A DNA stretch of 64,000 bases, from the NCBI GenBank assembly GCA_013239625.1, contig MU054187.1:24988433-25052432 (forward strand), in the 5' to 3' direction. Under the pieces are notes generated by a model. The model worked only from the letters and a program-made list of their open reading frames with translations. It did no database searches and was not told the DNA's origin. The position numbers and the translations under genes were made by a program. This DNA comes from Lama guanicoe. Lineage: Eukaryota. The number at the start of each line of letters is the position of its first letter. Positions within the stretch are counted from its first letter, which is position 1. This document shows, piece by piece, positions 40,271 to 53,832 of this stretch.

Positions 40271-43265
40271 AAGGGCATGCTCTATGACCTCCCACTAAAT
40301 CATGGGGGCTTGACAAAGTTAAAGATTTCTATTCTTATAATCAGTGGGTAGCAGTGGTCTTATTTAAAGTAGATAGTAAGTGGTTTACTCAGGATCATTT
40401 ACAGATTTGACTTCATGTAATTTCTGCCTGTTATGCTTTAAATTTATAAATACAAAGGATGCAATATGAAATCTTAGGCAGAAAAGAAATTATCAGACTA
40501 TATAGGGAATGGCTAACTCCAATGTTGCAGGCCCTTATTCAGCACTAGGATTGTCACGCACATATCTATCAGTTCAAAAGTGATAACAATATTAAATAGC
40601 ATGTAAGACAGTGAAAAACCAGATTTTCCCAGCACAAATACATTGAGTGAAAGACAAAGAAATACAAAAACAAAGCAAAAAGAAATACAAAGAAAAGAAA
40701 AAAAATTGACTAACTTGGGTTAGGAGAAGAATTCCATAATTAAAACTATTTGCTTCAAAAATATTTTAAGATCCTTGGTTGCTTTTCAAGTTTTAATGCT
40801 TAGATTTAAAAATTATGAATTGTTGAAACTGATGCATAAGGGACATATATAATAAAATACAAAAATATTCAAGTAAAGCTGTTTTAAAGTAATAGTGCAG
40901 TTTTCTGGAAGTTTAAAGTGATTTTGAAGCACAAAATTTTTTGGCTGCTTGAGTTTTTAGACATATTATTAAGAAAAATACATTTTTTTTAAAAGATAGG
41001 GATTGCTGGGTCGAGGTTGTTTATGGACATCATCTGATGTGAATATAAAGCCAAGAAGGCAGGAATAGCAGAAGAAAGGTTTAGAAGAGTCCTGCAATCT
41101 TCAGTGTTATCTGAATATTCCTTAGTTAACTCTTTGAGCTGACGATCATTACTTGATTATAGTTGGTGACCTACCCTGCTGTTATGCTATTTCAAACAAC
41201 TCTGAGTTTGCAGTCTATTAAAAAGTAAGTGAAAATTAGTATAGTTCTTGGTGCTATATTTGATTATTCCACAGAGTTCTTATACCCAAGATACCAGAAA
41301 ATTGTATGAAATTCTGGGGGCTGTACTATTAAACTCCAAATTAATAAACCACTAATGATCCTGGTAGCTTGATTTTATCCAATAGTTTTATGAATACAAT
41401 GGAAAAATTTATCGTGGTAAAAATGAAGTAATTTCTTTTCCCTTTCTGGCTTATGATTTTTTTTCAAAAAAGTGATAATAACTATCTACAGGGAGAAAAT
41501 TCAAAAAAAGTACACTCATTTAAATAGTTATGTAAGAAAAATAATAATGTTGGCTTAGAATTATAAAAAATAGAGTAATAAACAACATTCAAATAGCGTC
41601 CGATTTATGATAGCAAAATAGGTTCTATCATGATGCACTGAAGAATCTTACTACTTACTAAATAGAGACCATATTGCCTTAAAGAGGCTTGGGCTTCAGA
41701 GATGCAGTCTCCGTAAGGAAAACACTCTATGTCTTGTTTCTTGTTTCCCTATGTGATAACTTGCAGCACAAAAATTTCTGCAAACTCTCAATTAGAAATC
41801 ATGTATTTTGTGCTAGCTAATGACTATGATGCCAAAAAATATCTTTTCACTTGATAGTTATAAGAATATAAATTTTTTCCCAAAAATCATAGGTAAAATG
41901 ATTAAAAATGTTTTCCATAAAAATATATGGATTCCTGTTATATGTCTTTCTTTAGTAGCTTGTGAATCTTTTCCCTGACAACCATGGATGAATGATAGTC
42001 AACTATATATTGTTGATTGATTAAAAGTAGTACAGGAAATAACACTTGGTAAGGAAACAAAAAACAAGGTGAAAGAAGATGCCCTCAATGAAGGTGGGGA
42101 GAGAGCAGGCTCAGGGGAAAAGAAGGATGCTGATCCTTTCAGATGGCCTAAGCTTTGAGAATACTTTTTCATCCCAAAGTTTGGACTTTCCACACTCTGT
42201 GTTTTTCTTGAAAGCTCTAAAAGTTAAGCTCTCTTCCCTTTATCTCCACAGTTTTACTCTGTGATCTCAATTTCCCATCAGCCTTGGAGCTTCTTGAGAA
42301 CATCAATGTGTTGCTTCCCATGAAAGATAAATGTGAAGTAAATCCAAAATCCATTTGAGTATTTTTGAAGCTCCAAATCTCCTAAACTTTTATTTGCCAA
42401 TTAAAAAAAAACTACTTAAAGTTCAAACTGAGATAGATTTTATATACATATATATTTATCTGTATCTACCTATGTCTATCTTCATAGCCCACAAATACTG
42501 TGACATTTATGCCCCATTGGTCCTCCTGAGGTTAAAGCCTTATTCCTTTCACTTTGAGTTAAAAAAGCATCCAACTAAATCACTTAATGCTCAAATGCCT
42601 ATATTGATCTGACAAATTAAAAGTGATTTTAAAGGAACTTATATGTGTGGAAAAAGACAAACAAAAAACCCAAACATCATTTTCTTTCTAAAACAGTAAC
42701 TCTTGCCTAACTAAAGGGAGAAATTAATATTCAATTTAACCCACATCAGGATGCTTAAGGAGGCATCCTAAAACCCCTGGCATTAGAAATTCATCTTGTG
42801 AGCTCCATGTTTTTAGTTTATTTTTTTTTGAGATTTTTCAAGGGGGTCTGGTACTTCATGTAACAACAGTTAATTCTGAAAACAAATTATAATTTCCACA
42901 TTATAGTAAGCTGAATCTTGGGATAGCAAACTGAGAAAACTAAGCTGAGTCTCAGAGAGGCTAGACAGGTGGCCTGAACTTCAACCCAAATCTGTCTGGT
43001 TCTAAAGTACTGCTTTCTTCACCAGACCACACAGCCCCCGAGCATCACCTGCAAACTTTAATGGGAAAAAATTCACAGCTAGGTGGGACTTTCAGCCTCA
43101 CCATGTGAAGCAGACTTTTAAGCCAATAGTTTCACTTTCCATTTTAGCATATTTGGGCATCTCTGTGTGTAGTGGACTGAAAAATCTACACACTCTACAT
43201 ACAAATTGGCAAGGAAATTTTAGCTTCTTTACTTCACTTAGTTCATTGAACTGCCTAATAAGTTG

Positions 43266-43790
43266 TGTAACAGAGGACAACAAATCTGCCTCTATATTGG
43301 ATCTGTTCCTTTAAGTTTTAACCACTGTGCCCTGTTTTCAAGGCTCAGTCTTGCTAGTTCTGCACCTTTTGTGAAACAATGTTGCCTTTAGCCTGAAATA
43401 TACAGGAGAGCCTATTCTCGGGGCTCTGAGCTTTAAGGATGTAGCACTTCTGCACCTATGTGGAGATGGCAAGTTGCAAAATAGAGAATAATCTTTGTCT
43501 TATTGGAGATTTACAGGGACACCATGGCCTGACCTACATGGACAGCTGCAAGAACAGAGAATTTCTACAGCAAGAAGTTTGCAACAACCAACCACACCCC
43601 CTCCCCTGTTTTTTTGTATGAAAGGAGCCTGTATTCTGACCAGAGGAGGATGACTCTCCAAGACATTAGTCTGGCATCCTCTCGGTCTGCTGGCTTTCTG
43701 AATAAAGTTGCTTTTCCTTACCCCAACACCTCACATCCTGATTTATTGGCCTGTTGTACAGTGAGCAAAATGAGTTTGGACTTGGTAACA
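43266..43790 (+). mobile_element. ERV1-type solo LTR, copy 2
   Basis: tgtaac...gtaaca termini; aligns along its length with copy 1; TSD gttg/attg. Confidence 0.9.
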
Positions 43791-43988
43791 ATTGTACTCC
43801 TCCAGATAGTGACTGTTGACAGACAGGGGCAGACACACTAAATTAATCCAAATGGCCAAACTCAGCTGCTCTAAATAAAGTAAAAATTTCTTTTAGGTAA
43901 CTCAAGCATTTTTCTTAAAGTTCAGTTTCCAGATTGGTTCTTGTGTTCCCTAAGATGGCTTTTGGTGAGAACTCAATGTGTGACTTCA

Positions 43989-44683
43989 TTTTTTGTTTGT
44001 TTTTCTTCCATGCTTTTATTGGTGATAGCAATGGACAAGAACAGTGCCAGGCAGGCATTAGCAGACACCCAGGTCCAGCACCTTGGGTGGCAAGCAGGCC
44101 CTGCAGATCCATAGCACATCCAGCCCCAGCACAAGATCCAGTTTACCTGGGCCATGTCCCTGGATAGGCAGGAGGCTGTCTGTCCAGTTGTATGTGTGGA
44201 TCAGCATGTATGAGTGTCTGAGCTGCTGCCTGCAGGATACCACCATCCTTAGCACATGGTAGGGGCTGTTGTGAACCCAGTGGGGCATTCCCCAGTGGAC
44301 CACTAGGCCCCAGGGCAGATCTCAGGAGGGTAGGGCTGGGGATTGGAGGAGGCAGGGGGCCAGCCACAAAATTTGCTCCAGGGCCGCATCCTAAGTGGGG
44401 TGGCATCAAAAAGTCTTCCATTAGATTATAATTGAAGAATTCGTGGAGTAGGAAAAGCTGGCCTTGGGGAAAAAGGGGGATCCTGGGGCAGGGGTGGAAA
44501 CAGAAGAAGTGGGAAGGGCTGAGGAAGAGGGTAGAGAAAAGACATGGGAAGGGGCAAGAGAGATGGTGAGGGCAAAGTCAGTTGCTCCCTGAAGTCTGGG
44601 GACTGGCCCTGGCTCCCCTGGAAGGGATGCTCCAGCTCTGGCCAGTCCTCAATCCATGGATCAGGGGGAAAGTCATGCTTTGG
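43989..44683 (-). pseudogene. PCED1A: Processed pseudogene of PCED1A (FAM113A), 5'-truncated, proline-rich C-terminus only
   Basis: Joined frames give PKHDFPPDPWIEDWPELEHPFQGS...FPPLPQDPPF...EFFNYNLMEDFLMPPHLGCGPGANFVAGPLPPPIP...VHWGMPHWVHNSPYHVLRM...LRHSYMLIHTY..LDRQPPAYPGTWPR*, matching the PCED1A C-terminus as I recall it. No introns, several frameshifts, stop at 44143-44145, AATAAA at 44015-44020, degraded A tail at 43989-44004. Confidence 0.88.
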
Positions 44684-45695
44684 CTGGATAGGGGATGTGC
44701 AGAGACATGTCAGCAGCCCTTGTATTTTTTCTGTTTCATGTGGTTTGCTCACTGGGTCTTTTGTCTGCCTGCTCTTGGGAACCCTCTGTTATTGATGCTG
44801 GTGATATGGCTGGTGAGCATCCAGTTAGTTCTGGCCCCATCAGGATATCCCTACACACTCTCTTTACTTTATCCCTTGCCATCACTGCAGAATGGCTCAG
44901 ATCTAGTATGACTCATCTCTGGTCCCTGGCTACAGGAGGAACCCTTGTCTATAGGGTCACTTCACACCCACCACAGCAATCCTCACTGTCAAGCTTCCCA
45001 CTCAGACCTCAGTGATTTCTGTGGGATACTGAGGCTACTAGAAAAATCCTGGAATTCTTCTAACCTACAAAGGAGGAAGAGGCAGGCTGAGAGAGCTGCT
45101 GGCACTGCTCCTTCTGCCTAAACTCACTGTGTTGCCATTTGTCCACTGCTGAGCCCACTCTGGGTTAATGCACCCTATGAGGAATCTCCCTCCAGAGGCT
45201 CCAGAAAGCACCCCCTGATTTGAGTCTTTCTCCTCCCCACCAACAATCTTCTCTCTCAAGAATGGAGCAGTGGAGCCATTGGTCTAAAACTTACTTCCCT
45301 CTCTTTTCCTTCTGTAGGATCACAATCAAGTGTGGGTAGTAGAAGTGAGATTTCTACCTCTTTTTCTTGCTTTTATGAACCTTCCCAGAAATCCTATCAT
45401 CCTTTTTTCATAAGATGGCATCCATCTCTCCTATTCCATTTGTTTATATGGTAGAATGGCTCAAGAGAACCTAATATATGGAGGAGAAAGACACACTGGT
45501 TTAATAGTTTCAAAACATCAGCCAAGTTCCATGTGTGAACAAAATTATGAATGAGAAATGATGGTTATCATGCAGAAACAGAGCTATATCTTAATAAAAA
45601 ATCAATTCTGAAAAAAAAAACAAATGAAGCTGCCTCTTCCTAGAATAATTCCTGTGCAATATTATCAACTTTACTTGCTGTGAGAAATTTGATTT

Positions 45696-46634
45696 TTTAA
45701 AAGAGTAAACAAAATTGACAAACCTCTGGCCAGGCTTACCAAAAAGATTAGAGAGAGGATTCAAATAAAATAAGAAATAATATAGGAGTAATTACAACTA
45801 ATACCAGAGAAATTAAAAAAACAAACAATATAAGATAATACTATGAACATATATATAGCAATAAATTGGGCAACCTAGAAGAAATGGACAAGTTTCTATC
45901 CCACCAGAACTTGAATGGAAGAATTAATATTGTTAAAATGACCATATGACCCAAAACAATTTATAGATTTAATATGATCCCTATCAAATTACCCATAACT
46001 AGAACTGGAACTAGAATTTTTCACAGAACTAGAACAAATAACCCTAAAATTCATATGGAATCACAAAAGACCCAGAATTGTCAAAGTAATACTGAAAAAA
46101 AAAAGAGGTTGTAGAAATAACCCTCCCAGACTTCAGACAATAATACAAAGCTACAGTAATTGAAACAGTGTCATAGTGGCACAATGGAACAGAATAGAGA
46201 GCCCAGAAATAAAATCATATGCCTACAGTCGATTTGTGTTCAACAAAGAAGGTGAGAATAGACAGTCTCTTTCACATGTGGTGTTGGGAAAACAACCACA
46301 TGTAAATCATCAGTTAGAACACTTCCTCACACTATATAAAAATAAATTCAAAATGGCTTACATAAGACAAGACACCATAAACCTCCTAGAAGAGAATAGA
46401 GGCAAAACATTCTCTGCTATAAATTTTATCAATCTTCTCCTAGGGCAGACTACCCAGGCAATAGAAATAAAAGCAAAAATAAACAAACGAGACCTAATTA
46501 AACTTGTATTTTTGCATAGCAAAGCAAACTATAAACAAAACAAAAAGACAACCTATGGAATAGGGGAAAATATTAGCAACCAATGAAACTGGCAAGAGCT
46601 TATTTACAAATTGTACAAACAGCTCATATGATTC

Positions 46635-46672
<38 letters not shown>

Positions 46673-47132
46673 CGACCCCAATCAAACAATGGGCAGAAGA
46701 CCTTAACAGACATTTCTCTAATGAAGACACACCGATGGCCAATAGTTATGTGAAAAGACATTCAATGTTGCTAATTATCAGGGGTAGCAATGAGGTATCA
46801 CCTTATGTCAGTCAGAATGTCCATTATTAAAAGGTTCACAAACAATAAATTCTGGAGAGGGTATGGGGGAAAAAGAACTCTCTTATACTATTGGTGGGAA
46901 TGTATTTTGGTGAAGCCATTATGAAAACAGTATAAGATTCCCTAAAAAAACTAAAAATAGACTTACCACACAGTCCAGCAATCCCACTCCTGGGCATACA
47001 TCCAGAGGGTACCTTAATTCAAAAAGATACATGCACCCCCATGTTCATAGAAGCACTATTTACAATAACCATGACATGGAAGCAAACTATATGTCCATTG
47101 ACAGAAGGATGGATAAAGAAGTTTGGGGAGAT

Positions 47133-47172
<40 letters not shown>

Positions 47173-47745
47173 CAATGGAATACTATTCAGCCATAAAAAG
47201 CATAAAATAATGTCATTTGCAGCAACACAGATGGACCTGGAGGTTGTCAAATTAAATGAAGTAATCCAAAAAGAGACGGAAAATACCACATGATATCACG
47301 TATATGTGGAATCTAAATAAAATGACAGAAATGAACTTATTTATATAATAAAGACAGATTCAGAGATGCAGAAAACACACTTATGTTTACCAGGGAGGAA
47401 AGAAGGTGTGGAGGGATAAATTTGGAGTTCAGAATTTGCATATATTAACTACTATATATAAAATGGATAAACAGTAAGATCCCACTGTACAGCACAGTGA
47501 ACCATGTTCAATACCTTGTAATAACCTATAATGGAAAAGAATATTTAAAGGAAACTATATATATATTCAAGAACTATCTGCTATATATATATATACACAT
47601 ATATATACACACATATATATACACATATATATATATAAAATATATACACAAACACATATACAGCTGAATCATATACAGTATACCATAAATTAACACAACA
47701 TTGTAAAGTGACTATTTTTCAATAAAATAAGAATAAAAATAAAAG
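45696..47745 (+). mobile_element. L1 with an internal deletion of the RT core, (CAA)n and (CA/TA)n microsatellites, complete 3' UTR
   Basis: ORF2 KIDKPLAR...NLEEMDKFL region joins the GRINIVKM region at ~45898-45917; ORF 46176-46586 is L1 ORF2-like; tail gactatttttcaataaaataag. Confidence 0.92.
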
Positions 47746-49294
47746 TACTATCAATATTCTGGGTAAATTGATTCTGAAATCTCCCATAAATTTTGCCCTG
47801 CAAACAGCAGGTTTCAAGCAGATACTGTATCCTGACCTTTTGCTTTACTAATCTAGTGACTCTTATGCACTTTTCACTATTCTTTACATATTAAATGATA
47901 TCATTAATGTTTGTATTTGTCAAAACAAACATAAATGTATGTTTTGAGGGCTTGTTGTTTTTCTGTTAGTAGATATATGTTTGCACAGAAAGTAATGTAT
48001 ATATCTTCTCTGGTTTCCTTAGAGCCTTTAATTTGCTAATACACACCAAGGGTTTCCAAGAAAGGGTGATAATGTCAAACAGTATTTCAAAAACATTGTT
48101 GACTGTATCATTATTTTCTTTTTGACAAAGAATAGAGTGATGGAAAGTAGGTATCATAAGAAAGGTCAAAGTAAATACTTTTTCATTTATTAATTTTTTG
48201 TTCTGTTTTGTTTTTCAAAGGAAAGAAAAGGGAGAGAGGCTACTTTTTAATAAATGAAGACTTTACATTTCTATAAAAAGTTCTAAACAGCTTTTCTTTT
48301 CAGTAGCAAATAAAATAAGGACACAGAGATTTTAATGAGCAGGTGATTTTCCCTGAAAAGTAAACTAATGTTGCTGACCACCAAAAGAAAAAATATGATA
48401 ATGGACCTATAAAGAAGATTATAGAATTTGAGTCTCTAGAGATCTTCCATATTTAGGAGTTTGGACATTCATCTTGCTAAAGCAAGGCTCTGCCAGATTG
48501 GAATTGGAACTTGCTCATTCCTGCTCAGATTTCTGCAGTTGGTTTCTGGGAGTGTTGCAGGGGTTTCCTTTAGAAACCCAGCACCTATTTGAATCAGTCT
48601 GACTACAGCAATGTTCCTAGGACCTGACTAGGCTTTGGGGTGGGAATTCTCCAAGCTCGATCAAGGACTTGATTATTGTGAGAGCTTACCAAGTTTAGGC
48701 TAGACAAAAACTGAGCATTTGCTCGGTGACCTGCAAGCTAAGCTCTTTAAGTGCCCTGACTGGTTTTCATAGGCAGATGGCTGCAGCAGCAGCCTTCTGA
48801 CATGGAGGCTTCCAGGCTCCCTGGGATTTTTTTTCTGTTTGCATTATGGAGATGACCCAATACACATTCACAGTGTGTCCAAGTCACATGTTTCCCCAAC
48901 AACAGGCTCATCCTTCTGACAGTCTTCTGCTTCTCTGACTTTGGGAAGTTCACCTTGCTGCACTGCCAAGATCATTACACTTAGGGAGCACTTTTAGGCT
49001 GCAATGTTAACCTTGGAGCCTTCAGAGAAATAGCTTTGGCCTACTTCAGGATAAAACAACATGGCAATAAAGGCACACAACCTCAGTATTATTGACTGAT
49101 GAACATGCTTCCAAATCCAATTCAGACTAACTTTTTCAAGGACTTGGAATGACTTTGACAGCCTGTGAAAGTCACTTCTGAGATGCTCTGAAAGTTAATT
49201 TTATTGCTATCTTCCAGGCTTGCTTTTGAGTTTCCAACTTTGCCTGGGTTCAATGGGAAGAAGGAAACAAAACTTTCCTATCTTGTGGTGATAG

Positions 49295-49819
49295 TGTTAC
49301 CAAGTCCAAATTCATTCTCCTCACCACATGACAGGCTAACAAATCAGGAGACGAGGTATTGGGACAAGAAATATGACTTTGTTCGGAAAGCTGGCAGACT
49401 GAGAGGATGGCAGACTAATGTCTTGGAGAGCCATCCTGCTCCAGTCAGAATACAGGCTCCGTTCATGCAAAAGGAAAACAGAGGATGGGATGTGGTTGGT
49501 GGTTGAAAACTTCTTGGTGTAGGAATTCTTTGTTCTTGTAGCTGTCCAAGTGGGTCAGATCATGGTGTCCCTGTAAACCTCCAACAAAACAAATGTTATT
49601 TTCCATTCTGCAACTTGTTATCTTTATATAGTGCAAAAGTGTTACTATCTTTAAAGGTCAGAGCCTTGAGAATAGGCTCTTCTATATATTTCAGGCTAAA
49701 GGCAACATTCTTTTGGAAAAGGTGCAGAGCTAGCAAGACTAAGCCTAGAAAACAGGGCAAAGGGTTAAAGCCAAAGAAACAGATCTAATATGGAGTCAGA
49801 TTTGTTCTTTTCTATTAAA
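49295..49819 (-). mobile_element. ERV1-type solo LTR, copy 3 (inverted)
   Basis: Reverse complement of copy 1 (aaagccaaagaaacagatctaatatggagtcagatttgttcttttct); TSD degenerate. Confidence 0.88.
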
Positions 49820-50019
49820 CAGGAGATGGCAGCTCTCACCTGGCTACTTTTTGCCTGTGACCTCAGGATATGAATGAAATCTTCTGGGAAATGAAATGTA
49901 TTTAGAATCAGTATGTGGAACATCTTTAAACATAAATAAAAATAAAACAAAAAGAATAGATTAAAACTATGTTATATTTGTTTAAATGAATGTTTTGAAA
50001 TTATTCATACACAACAGAA

Positions 50020-51090
50020 TTTTTTTCTTTTTTATTGAAATAGGTTGATTTACAACATTGTGTTAATTTCAGATTACCACAAAGTAATTCAGAAATATGC
50101 ATATGTATATATATATATTTTTTCTTTTCCAGATCCTTTTCCATTTCAGATTTCATAGGTTATTACAAGATGTTGAATACAGTTCCCTGTGCTATACAGT
50201 AGACCCTTGTTGTTTATGTATTTTTATATATAGTAGTGTATATATGTTAATTTCAAACTCCTCATTTATCCCTCCCCACTCTTTCTCCTTTGATAACTAA
50301 TTTCATTTTCTATGTCTGTGAGTCTATTTCTGGTTTGTAGATAAGTTCACTTCTGTCGTTTTATTTAGATTCCACATATAAGTGACATCACGTAATATTT
50401 GTCTTTCTCTGTTTGACATACTTCATTTAATATGATAATCTCTAGGTCCATCCATGTTGCATTATTTTTTATGGTTGAGTAATATTCCACTGTGTATGTA
50501 TGTGTATATATACACACATATATATATATATATATACCACATCTTCTTTATCCACTCATCTGTTGATAGATAATTAGGTTGCTTCCATGTCTTAGTTGTT
50601 GTAAATAGTGCTGCTATAAGCATTAGGGTGCATGTATCTTTTCAAATTGGAGTTTTCTCTGGATATATGCTCAGGAGTGGAATTCCTGGATCATATGGTA
50701 ACTCTACTTTTAGATTTTTGAGGAACCTCTGTAAGGTTCTCCACTAGGCTGCACCAATTTACAATTCCCACTAATAGTGAAAGAGGATTCCTTTTTCTCC
50801 ACACCCTCTCCAGTATTCATTATTTGTAGACTTTTTAATGATGGCCATTCTGACTGGTGTAAGATGATACCTCATTGTAGTTTTGATTTGCATTTCTCTA
50901 GTTACCAGCAAATTTGAGCATCTTTTCTTGTATATCTCCTTTCAAGAAATATCTACTCAAGTTTTCTGACCATTTTTTGATTGGTTTGGGTTTTTTTTTT
51001 CAATTAAGCTGTATGAGCTGTTTGTATATTTTTGAAATTAATCCCTTGTAAGTCACCTCATGTGCAAATATTTTCTCCCATTATGTAGAA
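50020..51090 (-). mobile_element. 5'-truncated L1
   Basis: T-rich tail at ~50020, antisense L1 3' UTR and ORF2 end, near-perfect TSD aa(c/t)agaattttt at 50013-50024 and 51092-51103. Confidence 0.92.
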
Positions 51091-53805
51091 GAATAGAATT
51101 TTTAAATCAGACACAGAGTTGTCTAATTTTATGTCAGTCCTTAACAGATATGTGGTGTAGTTTAATTCTTGGATTTTGAAAGTTTGCTTTTGTATAGTTA
51201 AGAAAAAAAATACTTGAGGTAGAGTAAATGATTTAAATAGTACTAAAAATAATATGTTATTTGTGCATGGTGGTTTTAAGCTTTTAAAACATTTTTGTAT
51301 AACTTATTTATTTGATTACTCACTCACAGTTAAATACTGCTCTTAAGCATCTAAATTCCCAAAATTAAATTTTAAAATGTTATCTCACTTACCAAAGGCA
51401 ATTTTTATCCCTAGAAATAAGAGAGCTTCTTGGTGCTTTTACACAAGATAAATATTAACCGCTAAATGATTGCAATCTTTTTGGTAACTGAAACTCAATT
51501 TACAATAATAATTAACTCCACCCATTCTTTGAATTCATGTAGCGTACTTCCTGAGAAAGGCTCCAAGTTTGCAAGTTTACATTAACACACTTATCCTCAC
51601 AATATTTCTCAGGACATCAGTCAGGCAGACTTTACCACTTCCATTTTATGGATGGAAAAACAGTTCACAATAAGATCAGATAAGATGCCCATTGGTTATT
51701 CAGAGCTGCCGTAGTTAATACAGCAGAATAAGGTCATGATCTCCCTACAGATACCCTATGCTGGCACATTTCTCCAATGGCTCAGGACCACTGTCTGATC
51801 TCTTCATCTAGATGCTCCCCTAGATGTTGCCTTGTCATAGAATCATCCCTTCTCCCCAGTCCTTTCCCTCAGCCTTAAATCCCACATCAAAAGTCTGTTA
51901 TTGTTGGTCTTCCAGGAACCTTCTACTTTCAGGTTCAATGTACAGAGTCAAGGATTGTTAATGGCTTAATGTTTGCTTCCACAGTATGACACACTTGCAT
52001 TAGCCTGATTCCTTGGCTAGTCTTCCAACCCTTGGTTGAAATCACTTCTGTGTTTATCACATATTCATTTTATTGATGAGAATTGTATAAAACACATACA
52101 TTCTCCAACTATCTATCTTACTATCAACTATCTCCACTCACTATCAACCAGGATGCTGAAAGTCCCCTTTAAGCATTTTATGACTGAGGTTTCCAAAGTG
52201 ACTTGGAGAGAACTTTTGCAAAGGCAACATTTTTTTCCCACATCCCAGAGGTTTTATCTCTAGCTCATGGAGAAATATAAGTAAATGAACACTTTAGATA
52301 AACTTTTATGCCCAGCAGCCTCAGGAGAGTCTTACAATTAAAAAGTTCAATTTCCTTTATTCTTTAAATGTCAGTAAATACCAGAGAGGCAGGCATATTT
52401 AATAGTTATGCAAAACATTTCTGATTAATTTCCAATGTGAAAATAGGTCATTTTAATTCTTATTTTTGATGCACAGATGACCCAGAATTCCACTTTCTGC
52501 TATTAAAATCTGTTCCATACCTGATGGTTGTACTTTTAAATGTCACAGAATTATATATATTTATATATGTATAAAACATGATAAAAGCAACATCATAATC
52601 TGAAGAGAATAACCTAATTTGTAGTATCATTAAGAAATTCAAGTGTAAACTTCTTAGATTACTAAAACTTATCTTTCTAAAACATCCTATGTTTCAAAGA
52701 AGCTATCTTTTTGCCCAGAGGAAGAGTCTTTAGAAGATATTTCTCACTAGACGCTTTTTGGTTCCTTGGAAGGAGGTGTGTTCATGTGTAGATAGTGTTA
52801 ATGGGTGAGAGATTTTGATATTTATTCTAGTTGGTCTCTGAATTCACTGTCTCTCTGGAGAGGGGAATGATGGTTTAAATTTTCTCTTTAACTTCATAGT
52901 TATTGGACCCTTGGAGGGCATTCTGGAATATTGCATTTCTTTATGAACTTCTATCTTCTTCTATAAATAGGGATTTCTGAGAGGAGATGGTTTATTTGCT
53001 TTCTTTAGTCTTTAGGACCTGGAGGCTGAGCTTCTCCCTTTATTCCAAGGAAAGTATTGGTCAGACTAGACAAACTCCAAGTTTGAAAGTCACATGACAA
53101 CAAGATTGAATCTAAGTTCTTCTGCTTAGCAGTTAAATTTGGGCAAATTCCTAACTTCTAGAATTAAGTTCATTTTCTAAAAGTTTCATTTATATTACCT
53201 CCCTCATAGGATGTTATAAGAAAGAAATAAAATACATAAAATGATTGGTGCATTGCCATTATTCAACTCAAGTTGGTTCCTCCCCAGAGAATATAAAACC
53301 TGTCACAGATCTATCAGGGATGTAGATTTATTGAGAGCAAAGATTGCTTCATGTGCTCAACTGTATCCAAAGCACCTAGGAACATTGTAGGACCTTAGTG
53401 AATATTTGTTAAACAGATGAATTTTCATTCTCATTGGATTACAGGCTTAATCATTGTTTCCCTTTGCAGCTCTTGGGAAAGGCAGAAGCAACAGATGACT
53501 CCATGAGGGTGTTTCCAGCCCTGAGATTCCAGGAGTGTGTGAGAGTACTGGATACCTTAAACAGAGGAGAGCTATCATTGAATTCAGGAAAAGGAAGAAA
53601 GGGAAACTGACAAGTTACAAAGAAAAAACATTTTCCACTGTAACTGTTTTGCCTCATGCCAAGGTTTCACATAGTTTAATTTCAATTTCTTTTATATTAT
53701 TGATAACTTTATGCTGGTCTAATTTTGTATAAGACATCAGTGTAAGTGATCCCTGGTTTGGATCTTTAACAAGATCTTTAAAAAATGCATCTTAGTTATC
53801 CTCAC

Positions 53806-53832
53806 CTGTCCACAGTCTCAATTTGAAATCCT
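53806..53832 (-). other. Candidate 27-nt microexon
   Basis: Strong acceptor tttccccttcttccttctgttag and donor CAG|gtgagg; length is a multiple of 3. Confidence 0.3.

Noticed and set aside
37672..43790. LTR copies 1 and 2 as the two ends of a provirus
   Set aside because: Each has its own TSD, they are different subtypes, and the interval holds MIR, L2 and MER5A with no gag/pol remnant.
43915..45259. Dense overlapping ORFs as a compact gene cluster
   Set aside because: Explained by higher GC and alternative or antisense frames of the frameshifted PCED1A retrocopy.
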